A stretch of DNA of 64,000 nucleotides. Source: Macrostomum lignano. Its lineage: Eukaryota. A program made the translations under genes and the position numbers. Below the pieces are notes generated by a model. That model was not told the DNA's origin. It ran no database searches and worked only from the letters and a program-made list of their open reading frames with translations. The stretch spans positions 1 through 64,000 of the forward strand of contig NIVC01001380.1 in the NCBI GenBank assembly GCA_002269645.1, written 5' to 3'. Shown in pieces: positions 49,758 through 61,300 of the stretch (positions within the stretch are counted from its first letter, which is position 1; each line of letters begins with the position of its first letter).

Positions 49758-50036
49758 AGTATTGTAACACGATATATATTTCTCGTGCATTAAATGACTC
49801 CAGCCAATACGCGATCACGAGCCATTTAGGCAAGCTTTTACGCTCGCATTTTTCCCATATGGTAAGTAACATGTACTTACTGGCTCCATCGGCGTATTAT
49901 AACACGATATAAATGTGTAAAAGCGTGCATAAAACGCTAAATTGTAAGCACACTAAAAGCGTGCTTAAATGGCTCGTGATCGCGTATTGGCTGGAGTCAT
50001 TTAATGCACGAGAAATATATATCGTGTTACAATACT
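49758..50036. mobile_element. Palindromic MITE-like element with 71-bp perfect inverted arms
   Basis: 49758-49828 is the exact reverse complement of 49966-50036. Confidence 0.85.
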
Positions 50037-50801
50037 ACTCAATACTTGGTTTCTTGCTTAAAACCAAGTATTGAATCCTATATTGTATACAAAGGACATA
50101 TAAGATATATACTGCAGTAGTCCTTGACTGTCTGCAACCTGACTGATAAACATATTATTGCACGCTGAGCAGCATTAATATATGGTGTTGACAATGTCTC
50201 TCCGGTCCATTTAATTTGCGAACAAATTTAACGGTTAATGTAAGTAAAATAACAAAGTTTACAGCTTTTGCAGAAATAATAGTATTTTCTACTTTTTAAT
50301 ACTCAAAACACATAATTTTTACAAAAACCTTTTAGATTAGAGTTAAGTATATTAATAAACGACTTTAGTATCCATTGTTTTGGTATTTATTATTTAAAAT
50401 AAAACATTCTTAGAAGACACTCTTAGAATAGGTACACTCTTCTAAGTAGTTGTGTGATTTGCACTGATTTGTGTCTACATGTCTCTCATACAAGTAACTC
50501 GTTTGTTGTTATTTATTCCGTTACTGTGTCAAAAATAAATGACAAGACAACTTAAATCATGGCGTATGTCTAAGTCACCATATAGGGCCTAATAAAACAT
50601 GTCAGTATGTCACTTTAATACAAAGCTGCGACATTAAGATTGTTGGTAATTTTTTACGCTATTCCCTTATTCCAGTATATAGCTATATTTCAGAGTTTTT
50701 GTAGCTAGCTACTCTCAGTCTTAGTAATTTTTCGCATTAATACAACTAATAAAGTAATATTTAGTCCTATAAAAATGTAGGAATAATTGGGTTTTCTTAT
50801 T

Positions 50802-51489
50802 GGCAGTGCTTATCCCCACGGTACCGAAGGAATAATTTCTGTCTTATTCCAACGGTACCGTGCGAATAATTTTCTGCTTATCCGCACGGCACACTGAGGA
50901 GATAGCTGCCCTATCTTCTACATATGCCGTGCGAATAATTTTCTGCTTATCCGCACGGCACACTGACGAGATAGCTGCCCTATCTTCTACATATGCCGTG
51001 TTGTGGGAAGTTTAGTACATACGATTTGAGTGCAGTATAACAACATAACTTGGCTTGAACATTTGTTCTAAAGAAATAAAGATTTTTTCTATGAGAAAGA
51101 ATTTTTTTGTGTAGTAACAAATGATGTAAATTAAATTAACTCTAAGAATTGTTTATTATTTAAATTTTTAGCAAAGTCTAATCTGATCTCGCCGTGATTT
51201 ATATAGTCCATTGCCGCTTCCGTAGAATTTTACTACTCATGTGAATTCGCATGATTCATATTCATATTGCGGACAAGCAGAAAATTATTCGCACGGCATA
51301 TGTAGAAGATGGGCAGCTATCTCGTCAGTGTGCCGTGCGGATAAGCAGAAAATTATTCGCACGGCATATGTAGAAGATAGGGCAGCTATCTCCTCAGTGT
51401 GCCATGCGGATAAGCAGAAAATTATTCGCACGGTACCGTTGGAATAAGATAGAAATTATTCCTACGGTACCGTGGGGATAAGCAGTGCC
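50802..51489. mobile_element. Foldback MITE with about 199-bp TIRs and 9-bp TSD (MULE-type)
   Basis: TSD tttcttatt at 50793-50801 and 51490-51498. Arms 50802-51000 and 51292-51489 each contain a 69-bp internal tandem repeat. Confidence 0.93.
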
Positions 51490-51703
51490 TTTCTTATTAT
51501 ACCCTGTTTGCTGTTTACGAAATAGAAAATAAAATTATTCCTAACACTGATTCCAGCTCCTGAAAAGTAGGTTCTTAACAAATTAAAAGAGTTGCTTTTA
51601 TAAGAGTTGCCTTTAATAGCCTTTTGCAAAATACTAATAATAGGCCTACTAGGGGCCTAATAGGAAAAGGACAAATTGTAAGGGATAACCTGGACAACTA
51701 ATT

Positions 51704-53183
51704 TGTAACGAATGAATGCCGAGGACTGTCACTTGAATTATCACGATCAGTCGAAAATGCCAAATCAGAGCGCGCAAACTCTTACGAGCGATATTTATTA
51801 TATATTAGTTACATTGAGCAATAAAACAAACTACATTATAAAACAATTATGCAAAATTTTATACATACACTAAAAAGTACAGTAAATGCAGAAACCAGAA
51901 TACAAATATGAAATACAAATAATACAGTGAGAAATAAGTACAAAATATGTTTCCATTTAAAATAGATATGGAGATACATTACATTATCCTCCTCTTGGAA
52001 AGGACAATGTCCACATTGTTAATAAAAGTACATGTACAAAAAAATACAATACAAAGTAATGAAAATAACTATTAAATATACAGTACATGCTAAATTTTGA
52101 GCAAAAAAAAGATTGAACTCGCATTCCCAACTAGACATCGCAATGAGGTGTCAGAACACATTTTAAAACAATGGTCTAGACCAAAAGAGAAGCTAGTTAA
52201 CCAACACAAAAACCAGAATTCAACAGGGTTAGCAGAGCCCTGGGTTCTCCCCACCACAACCAGTGCAGAGCACAGCATGAATGAAGCAGAAACACTTTAT
52301 TAATGAAAGGAATTGCCTGTGCACACTATTGTGATACACTGCCATTGGGTGAAACCTTACAAAACACAGAAGAAAATACAGTACAACATTGAAAAATTAT
52401 TTGAAAAGTAAAGTACATCATGGCAATTGCCAAAATACAGTATAAAGTACATATGAAGGAATTACAGTAAGTACAAATAAGTACAATTACATTAAAATCA
52501 ATCAACAAAGCATCGGAATTGGAAGATGCAGCTTCCTGGTTCTGGACTTTAGAACAGCAAAATTACAAATTTAAAAACAAAATTTTGCTCTGAACTGGGT
52601 ACACATCTACATGTACATTCTACAGCTAGTATTGTATTTGAACATAGATGCTTTTAAAAAACAAATATAATATTCGAAATCACTCAGCGACTGACAGTAT
52701 CTGCAGCACCTGTCCTTTGGCAGCATCTTCGGCACCTGTGATTTTGTTGGCCTGGCTCGCGGCTGGCTGACATACTGGTTGGCGTCGGCTGGCTGGACGC
52801 GTGCTGCATGCTGATGTGATTGGCTGCGTTGCTGTACATTTGCGGTCGATCAGAAGATTCAGCGGAGTCCTTCATGGAATCCGAGTCCTGGCGTGGTCGC
52901 CATTGTAACGAATGAATGCCGAGGACTGTCACTTGAATTATCACGATCAGTCGAAAATGCCAAATCAGAGCGCGCGAACTCTTACGAGCGATATTTATTA
53001 TATATTAGTTACATTGAGCAATAAAACAAACTACATTATAAAACAATTATGCAAAATTTTATACATACACTAAAAAGTACAGTAAATGCAGAAACCAGAA
53101 TACAAATATGAAATACAAATAATACAGTGAGAAATAAGTACAAAATATGTTTCCATTTAAAATAGATATGGAGATACATTACA
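51704..53183 (-). mobile_element. Non-autonomous LTR retrotransposon (TRIM-like), 1480 bp
   Basis: 280-bp LTRs at 51704-51983 and 52904-53183 (TGTAA...TTACA; only mismatch seen at 51776/52976). TSD aatt; PBS at 52883-52902; PPT at 51984-51998; no gag/pol in the 920-bp interior. Confidence 0.95.
52883..52902 (-). promoter_or_regulatory. tRNA primer-binding site TGGCGACCACGCCAGGACTC
   Basis: The plus strand reads GAGT-CCTGG-CGTGGTC-G-CCA, i.e. T-loop, T-stem, acceptor strand, discriminator and CCA of a tRNA 3' end. The GACCACG acceptor suggests Arg(UCG), which is inference. Confidence 0.85.
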
Positions 53184-55322
53184 AATTAACAAAAGGAAAC
53201 TTGTGGGCATATAATAACTAAGCTTTTTTATATATATAATTTATAGTGGTAGACTATATAGAGGGTTTATAAAATACACTTGTCTTTAGGCCAATAAAAA
53301 GTCAATATTTCATAGGCTTTAGCCTTGCTTTGGTCTACAAGATGTTATAAATATAATCTTAAATTGCCTAATGAGAATTTTTCACATCTTTCTATACTTG
53401 TAATCATTTAAGGCCTTAATTACTAGCATAACATTCTTATTTATTACTTACTTAGAGTACCTAGCAAACAAATTATTGTTTGGTTATTTTTTGCATTCAT
53501 GTTTTTATCTAGTCTTTCAAGATTGTTTTCTTCTAGTTTATTCAATTTATTTTGTATGCAGCTAAATATGAAATAAAAATTTTATACTAAACAATCACTA
53601 AACTATCTTAATAAATTTCCTATTTAGTATTTGTCTTTTTATATGAAATTTAGTTTTTTAGTTATAATTAACATTTAGGTATAAAAAGTTCTAAAATAGA
53701 AATAAGTATAAGTATAATAAAAGAATATATCATTATCATTTTATCTATAACTATATAAACGTTTAATAACTAGAAACTTTTATACTTTTAAATAAACTAA
53801 AATAAGTTTTTATAAATGTGTAAGTTATTATATTTATAGAAGCATAGCAGTGATTACAAATAAATATCTTTTAAGGTTGATAAAATAAACAATTATTAAG
53901 CATTTTAAAGTTACTATCATTTAGGATAGCAAGAAAAAAAGCTATCAATAATGCTTTATAAAGAATGTAAAATATATCTATAATATTCAATGCCTATCAA
54001 CTTGATTGCATTCCCTAATAAGTCTTCATTTTGCATCTGGTATCCAGTGTTTAAGAAAATTTGGCAAGTGCAGGTGTAAGCAGATGTATACATTCATTCA
54101 ATGGCAACAATAATATGGGTTATATGCACATATGAAATCTAAGATTAGTGGCTAAGATGATAAGATGAATCTTTAAATTCTTTGCCAACTCTCTCTAGGG
54201 GGGGGGGGTATAAACTACATTGTCAATCACAGTGCAGCCTATTTAGAGCCTAGCTATGAATGTCATGGAAGATTGATGCCTTGCTGCACACTAGGACTAG
54301 ACCACTGGCTGATAGCAGACTAACTAGATAAGAAGTTGTTTGTCTATCTAAATAAAATTATAGTTATTCCTTCTATTTTCCTAGTTGCATATGCACATAA
54401 CTTTCTCTTTTGCATGGAAGTGCCAAAGCCACTTTTTCCAATAGGCTAGTATATGTGCAAACCTTTGAAGTATCATTGTGTGTCGCCTGTAGCTTTTTTG
54501 ATTCTATTCCAATAGGGATTATCTTTTCATTCTTTTTTCTCCCTTTTCCCCCCTCCTCCTCCCCTCTCTTCTCTCTGCCTTCTCCCCTTTCCCTTCTTTT
54601 CCCTCTCCTCTCTCACTTTCCCTCTCTTCTCTTTCCTATTCCGTCTCTTCACCTCTCCTCTTCCTCTCTTCTTCTTGCCTCTCCCCTCTCCTCTCTTCTC
54701 GTGAAGTTTAAGTAACTCCTGAAAGCCCCGAAATTGTTTGCAGTCTAGCCTTTGTTGATAGTGGCAAATGCTGGATGGCCTCATTGGCTTCAATTATCTT
54801 TACTCAGGCCCCAATATCCCAACCACAAAGTGCATATGGTGTTAAAAATCTGTGCTTTAGTCCCCAAACCCAGGGACTTGAGAGCTCACCTCAGAAGCTT
54901 TGAAACTGCATGGCAACATTCATTAATTTTTTTAACTTTTCTACTGCTCTACCCCCACCCATCAAATCCATGGCTCAGATGGTCTCTTAAGTCTCAAGTC
55001 TTCCAAGTTATTGATGGCCTAGGGAGCTAGTCAGCTAGATATGGAAAAAATATGTGTTCCCATAACTGTATCTGTATCCATATGTTCTGTCTAAAAGCTT
55101 CATATCCATAACTAAATTTGTAGCCGTATCCTGTTCATGTAAAATGTATTATAAATCCTATGCTTAATAATTTCTTATAGTCATAATACTTGTCATCACA
55201 GTCAGTCTTTAATATTATGTGTTACATGTTAAATATAGAATAGGTATAATATCTGTTCAATCTACAAAGTCAGATTTATCTGCGTTTCAGTCCAGGTTGC
55301 CAACTTCAAGCACAGCCACCCA

Positions 55323-58300
55323 ATGGAGTACTGGGGGCTTAATAAAATTATTCGCCATACTGACCTACTGGCAACTGCACTTCTAATAGTTACTATAGTA
55401 GAATTTAGACCAGCACTGTGTCAACAAGCTCTAGATCTTAATGCACAGAACCTATTGGCAGTGGAACTTTTGCAACCATCTGACGCGGCAACAGTAGCAG
55501 CAGTTCATGGCTGTCAAGTCGTTCGACATTTAAATCTGATCAACCATTTCGCCTTGATGCGGTGCAGTCGGTTAGGAATCAATAAAAAATATAAGAATAA
55601 TGATAATACTACTAATCGAATAACACATCGAATACGTCGACACGCTTTAGTAGTTTGGGCAGAGCCTCAAGTTGCCAAGCAACGAGTGAAGCGAGATTTC
55701 GGTACCACCATCAGTGCGGATTATTTATTTTTTAACGATCCGTTCTATTCTCAACAGTGGTATTTACAGTCTGGAGCATTGGGCGGCCACGATCTGGATG
55801 TGAGGTCAGTCTGGTCTATGGGCTACAGTGGCAAAGGACTTGTTGTTAGCATACTGGACGATGGCATTGAGCATTGGCATAGCGATCTTAAGGACAACTA
55901 TGACCCGGATGCTAGCTACGATATTAATGGTCACGATGCAGATCCGGCACCTAGGGACACGCCTACTAATGTGAATCGGTTAGTGAATATTATTTAGTTA
56001 TTGATTAACATCTGGGATACCAGAGTAAATTTTCTGATCAATTTCATAGATAGATACGGACAAACCATTTTTAGTATAGTGGACTAGCAATCTGCGCCCC
56101 GTTGGGTTTTTTGAGTCAACTACATGTAGGTTTTGGCCTTGTACAGTTTCGCTAGTATACTAAGGAAATTGATGTTTAAAGCTACAAAGCATCTGCCCTG
56201 AAAGCCTGCCATGGCTTAACCCAACTCTCCATGTCATCTGCTTTTGGCTTGGCCTTACCGTTACCAACAACTTAGGAACGGGTTTGGCAACTCCCCTCCT
56301 CCATAAGCCACAGCATTTCAGCAATCCCCTCAGGAGTTTTGGCACCTCAGAAATTCCCCTCCCCGTGAGCAACTCTCAGCAATCCCCCCATTTGAGTCCT
56401 TGCCAATCTGAGCATTTCCTCCCCATTTGAGTCCTTGCCAATCTGAGCATTTCCTCCCCATTTGAGTCCTTGCCAATCTGAGAATTCCCCCCCCCATTTG
56501 AGTCCTTGCCAATCTGAGCATTTCCTCCCCATTTGAGTCCTTGCCAATCTGAGAATTCCCCCCCCATTTGAGTCCTTGCCAATCTGAGCAATTCCTCCCC
56601 ATTTGAGTCCTTGCCAATCTGAGCAATTCCTCCCCATTTGAGTCCTTGCCAATCTGAGCAATTCCTCCCCATTTGAGTCCTTGCCAATCTGAGCAATTCC
56701 TCCCCATTTGAGTCCTTGCCAATCTGAGCAATTCCTCCCCATTTGAGTCCTTGCCAATCTGAGCAATTCCTCCCCATTTGAGTCCTTGCCAATCTGAGCA
56801 ATTCCTCCCCATTTGAGTCCTTGCCAATCTGAGCATTTCCTCCCCATTTGAGTCCTTGCCAATCTGAGCAATTCCTCCCCATTTGAGTCCTTGCCAATCT
56901 GAGCATTTCCTCCCCATTTGAGTCCTTGCCAATCTGAGCAATTCCTCCTCATTTGAGTCCTTGCCAATCTGAGCATTTCCTCCCCATTTGAGTCCTTGCC
57001 AATCTGAGAATCCCCCCCCCATTTGAGTCCTTGCCAATCTGAGCAATTCCTCCCCATTTGAGTCCTTGCCAATCTGAGCAATTCCTCCCCATTTGAGTCC
57101 TTGCCAATCTGAGCAATTCCTCCCCATTTGAGTCCTTGCCAATCTGAGCATTTCCTCCCCATTTGAGTCCTTGCCAATCTGAGAATCCCCCCCCCATTTG
57201 AGTCCTTGCCAATCTGAGAATTCCCCCCCCCCCCCATTTGAGTCCTTGCCAATCTGAGAATTCCCCCCCATTTGAGTCCTTGCCAATCTGAGCAATTCCT
57301 CCCCATTTGACTCCTTGACAATCTGAGTAATCCCCCCCATTTGAGTCCTCGACAATCTGAGTAATTCCCCCACTCAAATTCCCCCACATAAGAAGCCTTG
57401 CTAATATGAGCAAATAAAACACGGGATCTGCTGAGCACTGCATTTTTACTAGTGCAGTTGTATCGCATTGTTATTTCCGCCATACCGCAGTCACGGCACC
57501 CGCTGCGCTGGTGAAGTGGCCGCCACGGCTAACAACGGAGTCTGCTCTGTCGGCATCGCCTTTGACGCTCGAATTGGGGGTGAGCGGACAGCCAGGGCCG
57601 TTAGGGTGACCTCAGCTCATCGCTCAGTCATTGAACTCTTGACTTCAGTTCACCCTTCTCCTCTCGCAGGCGTCAGGATGCTGGACGGCCCCATCACGGA
57701 CAGTGTAGAAGCAGAGTCGCTAAGCCACAATCAGGGCCACATTGACATTTATTCAGCGTCCTGGGGTCCGGACGATGATGGCCGGACAGTGGACGGGCCT
57801 GGCCGGTTGGCTAAACAGGCTTTTCTGAAGGGCGTCAGTTCGGTGAGTGCGTTTGTGTTGCAGTGTTGGGGATTTTTTTTTATCTAATGTATTTTTGGTA
57901 ACATTGGCTGGTTGCGTTCGTTGATTCTTGAATAGAAAATTATTATCAAATCGATTTATCGGTTGATTAATTCATTTGATTGGTTAATTTATTGACTGAT
58001 TGATTCATTTTTTATTAATTAATTGATTGATTGATTGATTTTTTATTAATTGATTTATTAATTTGTTTGAATAATTGATTGATTGCAGATTGATTGATTG
58101 ATTGATTTATTGATTTATTGAATAATGGATGGATTGATTGATTGATTGAATAATGAATTGATTGATTGATTGATTTATTGAATAAAGGATTGATTGATTG
58201 ATTGAATTGATTGATTGATTGAACTAATTGATTGAAAAATGGATTGTTTGATTGATTGAATTGATTTATTGAAAAAATGGATTGTTTGATTGATTGAATT

Positions 58301-61300
58301 GATTTATTGAATAATGAATTGACTGATAGATTTATTGAGCAATGGCTTGTTCGATTGCTTGAATTGATTGATTGAATAATGGATTGTTTGATTGATTGAA
58401 TTGATTTATTGAATAATGAATTGACTGATAGATTTATTGAATAATGGCTTGTTCGATTGATTGAATAATGGCTTGTTAGATTGATTGCATTGATTTATTA
58501 AATAATGGATTGATTGATTGATTGAATTGATTGATTGAATAATGAATTGTTTGATTGATTGAATGATTTTTTATTAACTAATTTATTGATTGATTGATTG
58601 ATTCAAAAAATAATTATTCGACTGGAAATACAAAGTATCTTGAATTTTTGACCGTACATATTCAATAGAATAATCGAAATATTTACTGATGAGAAATAGA
58701 TTCAATATAAATGATGGATACATAAGAACTATTGACTATACATTATATTCACTAAAGTTTACAAATAAACAGACCAGCAGTGTGATTACCTTTAACTGCA
58801 TTTTATGGTGCCGTTGCCTTCACACATCAATTTTAAATTGGGTTTCCCTGGCACAATTCAATAGTTCTAATTGGAATGCACTGGGCTTGCCCACATCCTG
58901 TCTACATGTATATAGTGCTGCTTCTAAATAATTAATGACTAATTTTATGTAGGCAATATAGTAGTCACTTGTACTTGGCTGCAGTCATTGTGCAATGCAA
59001 CTTCATGTATTTAGTTTTTGTTGCTCATAAAGTTACTTCTATTGTGGGTATAGTTTTACTAGGCAGTTCTACTCATTTATTTATTTGAGAACACGGGCTA
59101 GTATATCACACAATACATTGTGTGCCACCCCTGTCCATCAATGTGTTCTACCCCTGTCCATCAGTGTGTTCTACCCCTGTCCATCAGTGTGTTCTACCCC
59201 TGTCCATCAGTGTGTTCTACCCCTGTCCATCAGTGTGTTCTACCCCTGTCCATCAGTGTGTTCTACCTGTGTCCATCAGTGTGTTCTACCTGTGTCCATC
59301 AGTGTGTTCTACCTGTGTCCATCAGTGTGTTCTACCTGTGTCCATCAGTGTGTTCTACCTGTGTCCATCAGTGTGTTCTACCCCTGTCCATCAGTGTGTT
59401 CTACCTGTGTCCATCAATGTGTTCTACCTGTGTCCATCAGTGTGTTCTACCTGTGTCCATCAGTGTGTTCTACCTGTGTCCATCAGTGTGTTCTACCCCT
59501 GTCCATCAGTGTGTTCTACCCCTGTCCATCAGTGTGTTCTACCCCTGTCCATCAGTGTGTTCTACCCCTGTCCATCAGTGTGTTCTACCTGTGTCCATCA
59601 ATGTGTTCTACCCCTGTCCATCAGTGTGTTCTACCCCTGTCCATCAGTGTGTTCTACCTGTGTCCATCAGTGTGTTCTACCTGTGTCCATCAGTGTGTTC
59701 TACCTGTGTCCATCAGTGTGTTCTACCCCTGTCCATCAGTGTGTTCTACCTGTGTCCATCAATGTGTTCTACCCCTGTCCATCAGTGTGTTCTACCCCTG
59801 TCCATCAGTGTGTTCTACCCCTGTCCATCAATGTGTTCTACCCCTGTCCATCAGTGTGTTCTACCCCTGTCCATCAGTGTGTTCTACCTGTGTCCATCAA
59901 TGTGTTCTACCCCTGTCCATCAATGTGTTCTACCCCTGTCCATCAGTGTGTTCTACCCCTGTCCATCAGTGTGTTCTACCTGTGTCCATCAGTGTGTTCT
60001 ACCCCTGTCCATCAGTGTGTTCTACCCCTGTCCATCAATGTGTTCTACCCCTGTCCATCAGTGTGTTCTACCCCTGTCCATCAGTGTGTTCTACCCCTGT
60101 CCATCAATGTGTTCTACCTGTGTCCATCAGTGTGTTCTACCTGTGTCCATCAGTGTGTTCTACCCCTGTCCATCAGTGTGTTCTACCTGTGTCCATCAGT
60201 GTGTTCTACCCCTGTCCATCAATGTGTTCTACCTGTGTCCATCAGTGTGTTCTACCCCTGTCCATCAGTGTGTTCTACCCCTGTCCATCAGTGTGTTCTA
60301 CCCCTGTCCATCAATGTGTTCTACCTGTGTCCATCAGTGTGTTCTACCTGTGTCCATCAGTGTGTTCTACCCCTGTCCATCAGTGTGTTCTACCCCTGTC
60401 CATCAGTGTGTTCTACCTGTGTCCATCAGTGTGTTCTACCTGTGTCCATCAATGTGTTCTACCCCTGTCCATCAGTGTGTTCTACCCCTGTCCATCAGTG
60501 TGTTCTACCTGTGTCCATCAGTGTGTTCTACCCCTGTCCATCAGTGTGTTCTACCTGTGTCCATCAATGTGTTCTACCTGTGTCCATCAGTGTGTTCTAC
60601 CTGTGTCCATCAGTGTGTTCTACCTGTGTCCATCAGTGTGTTCTACCCCTGTCCATCAGTGTGTTCTACCCCTGTCCATCAGTGTGTTCTACCCCTGTCC
60701 ATCAGTGTGTTCTACCTGTGTCCATCAGTGTGTTCTACCCCTGTCCATCAGTGTGTTCTACCCCTGTCCATCAATGTGTTCTACCCCTGTCCATCAGTGT
60801 GTTCTACCCCTGTCCATCAGTGTGTTCTACCCCTGTCCATCAATGTGTTCTACCTGTGTCCATCAGTGTGTTCTACCTGTGTCCATCAGTGTGTTCTACC
60901 CCTGTCCATCAGTGTGTTCTACCTGTGTCCATCAGTGTGTTCTACCCCTGTCCATCAATGTGTTCTACCTGTGTCCATCAGTGTGTTCTACCCCTGTCCA
61001 TCAGTGTGTTCTACCCCTGTCCATCAGTGTGTTCTACCCCTGTCCATCAATGTGTTCTACCTGTGTCCATCAGTGTGTTCTACCTGTGTCCATCAGTGTG
61101 TTCTACCCCTGTCCATCAGTGTGTTCTACCCCTGTCCATCAGTGTGTTCTACCTGTGTCCATCAGTGTGTTCTACCTGTGTCCATCAATGTGTTCTACCC
61201 CTGTCCATCAGTGTGTTCTACCCCTGTCCATCAGTGTGTTCTACCTGTGTCCATCAGTGTGTTCTACCCCTGTCCATCAGTGTGTTCTACCTGTGTCCAT

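Noticed and set aside
50894-50985. CTGA(G/C)GA followed by a gatag/ctatc stem, as a hammerhead
   Set aside because: The required GAAA and stem III are absent (followed by ttctac); it is part of the MITE's 69-bp repeat.
52883-52902. tRNA gene
   Set aside because: Only the 3' 20 nt including encoded CCA are present, adjacent to an LTR, so it is a primer-binding site.
54720-55030. Possible RT C-terminal LINE relic on the minus strand
   Set aside because: Only a vague TKAQIFNT resemblance amid many stops; too degenerate to support.
56330-57483. Long minus-strand ORFs (347-378 aa)
   Set aside because: Translations of the 35-bp intronic satellite in several frames.
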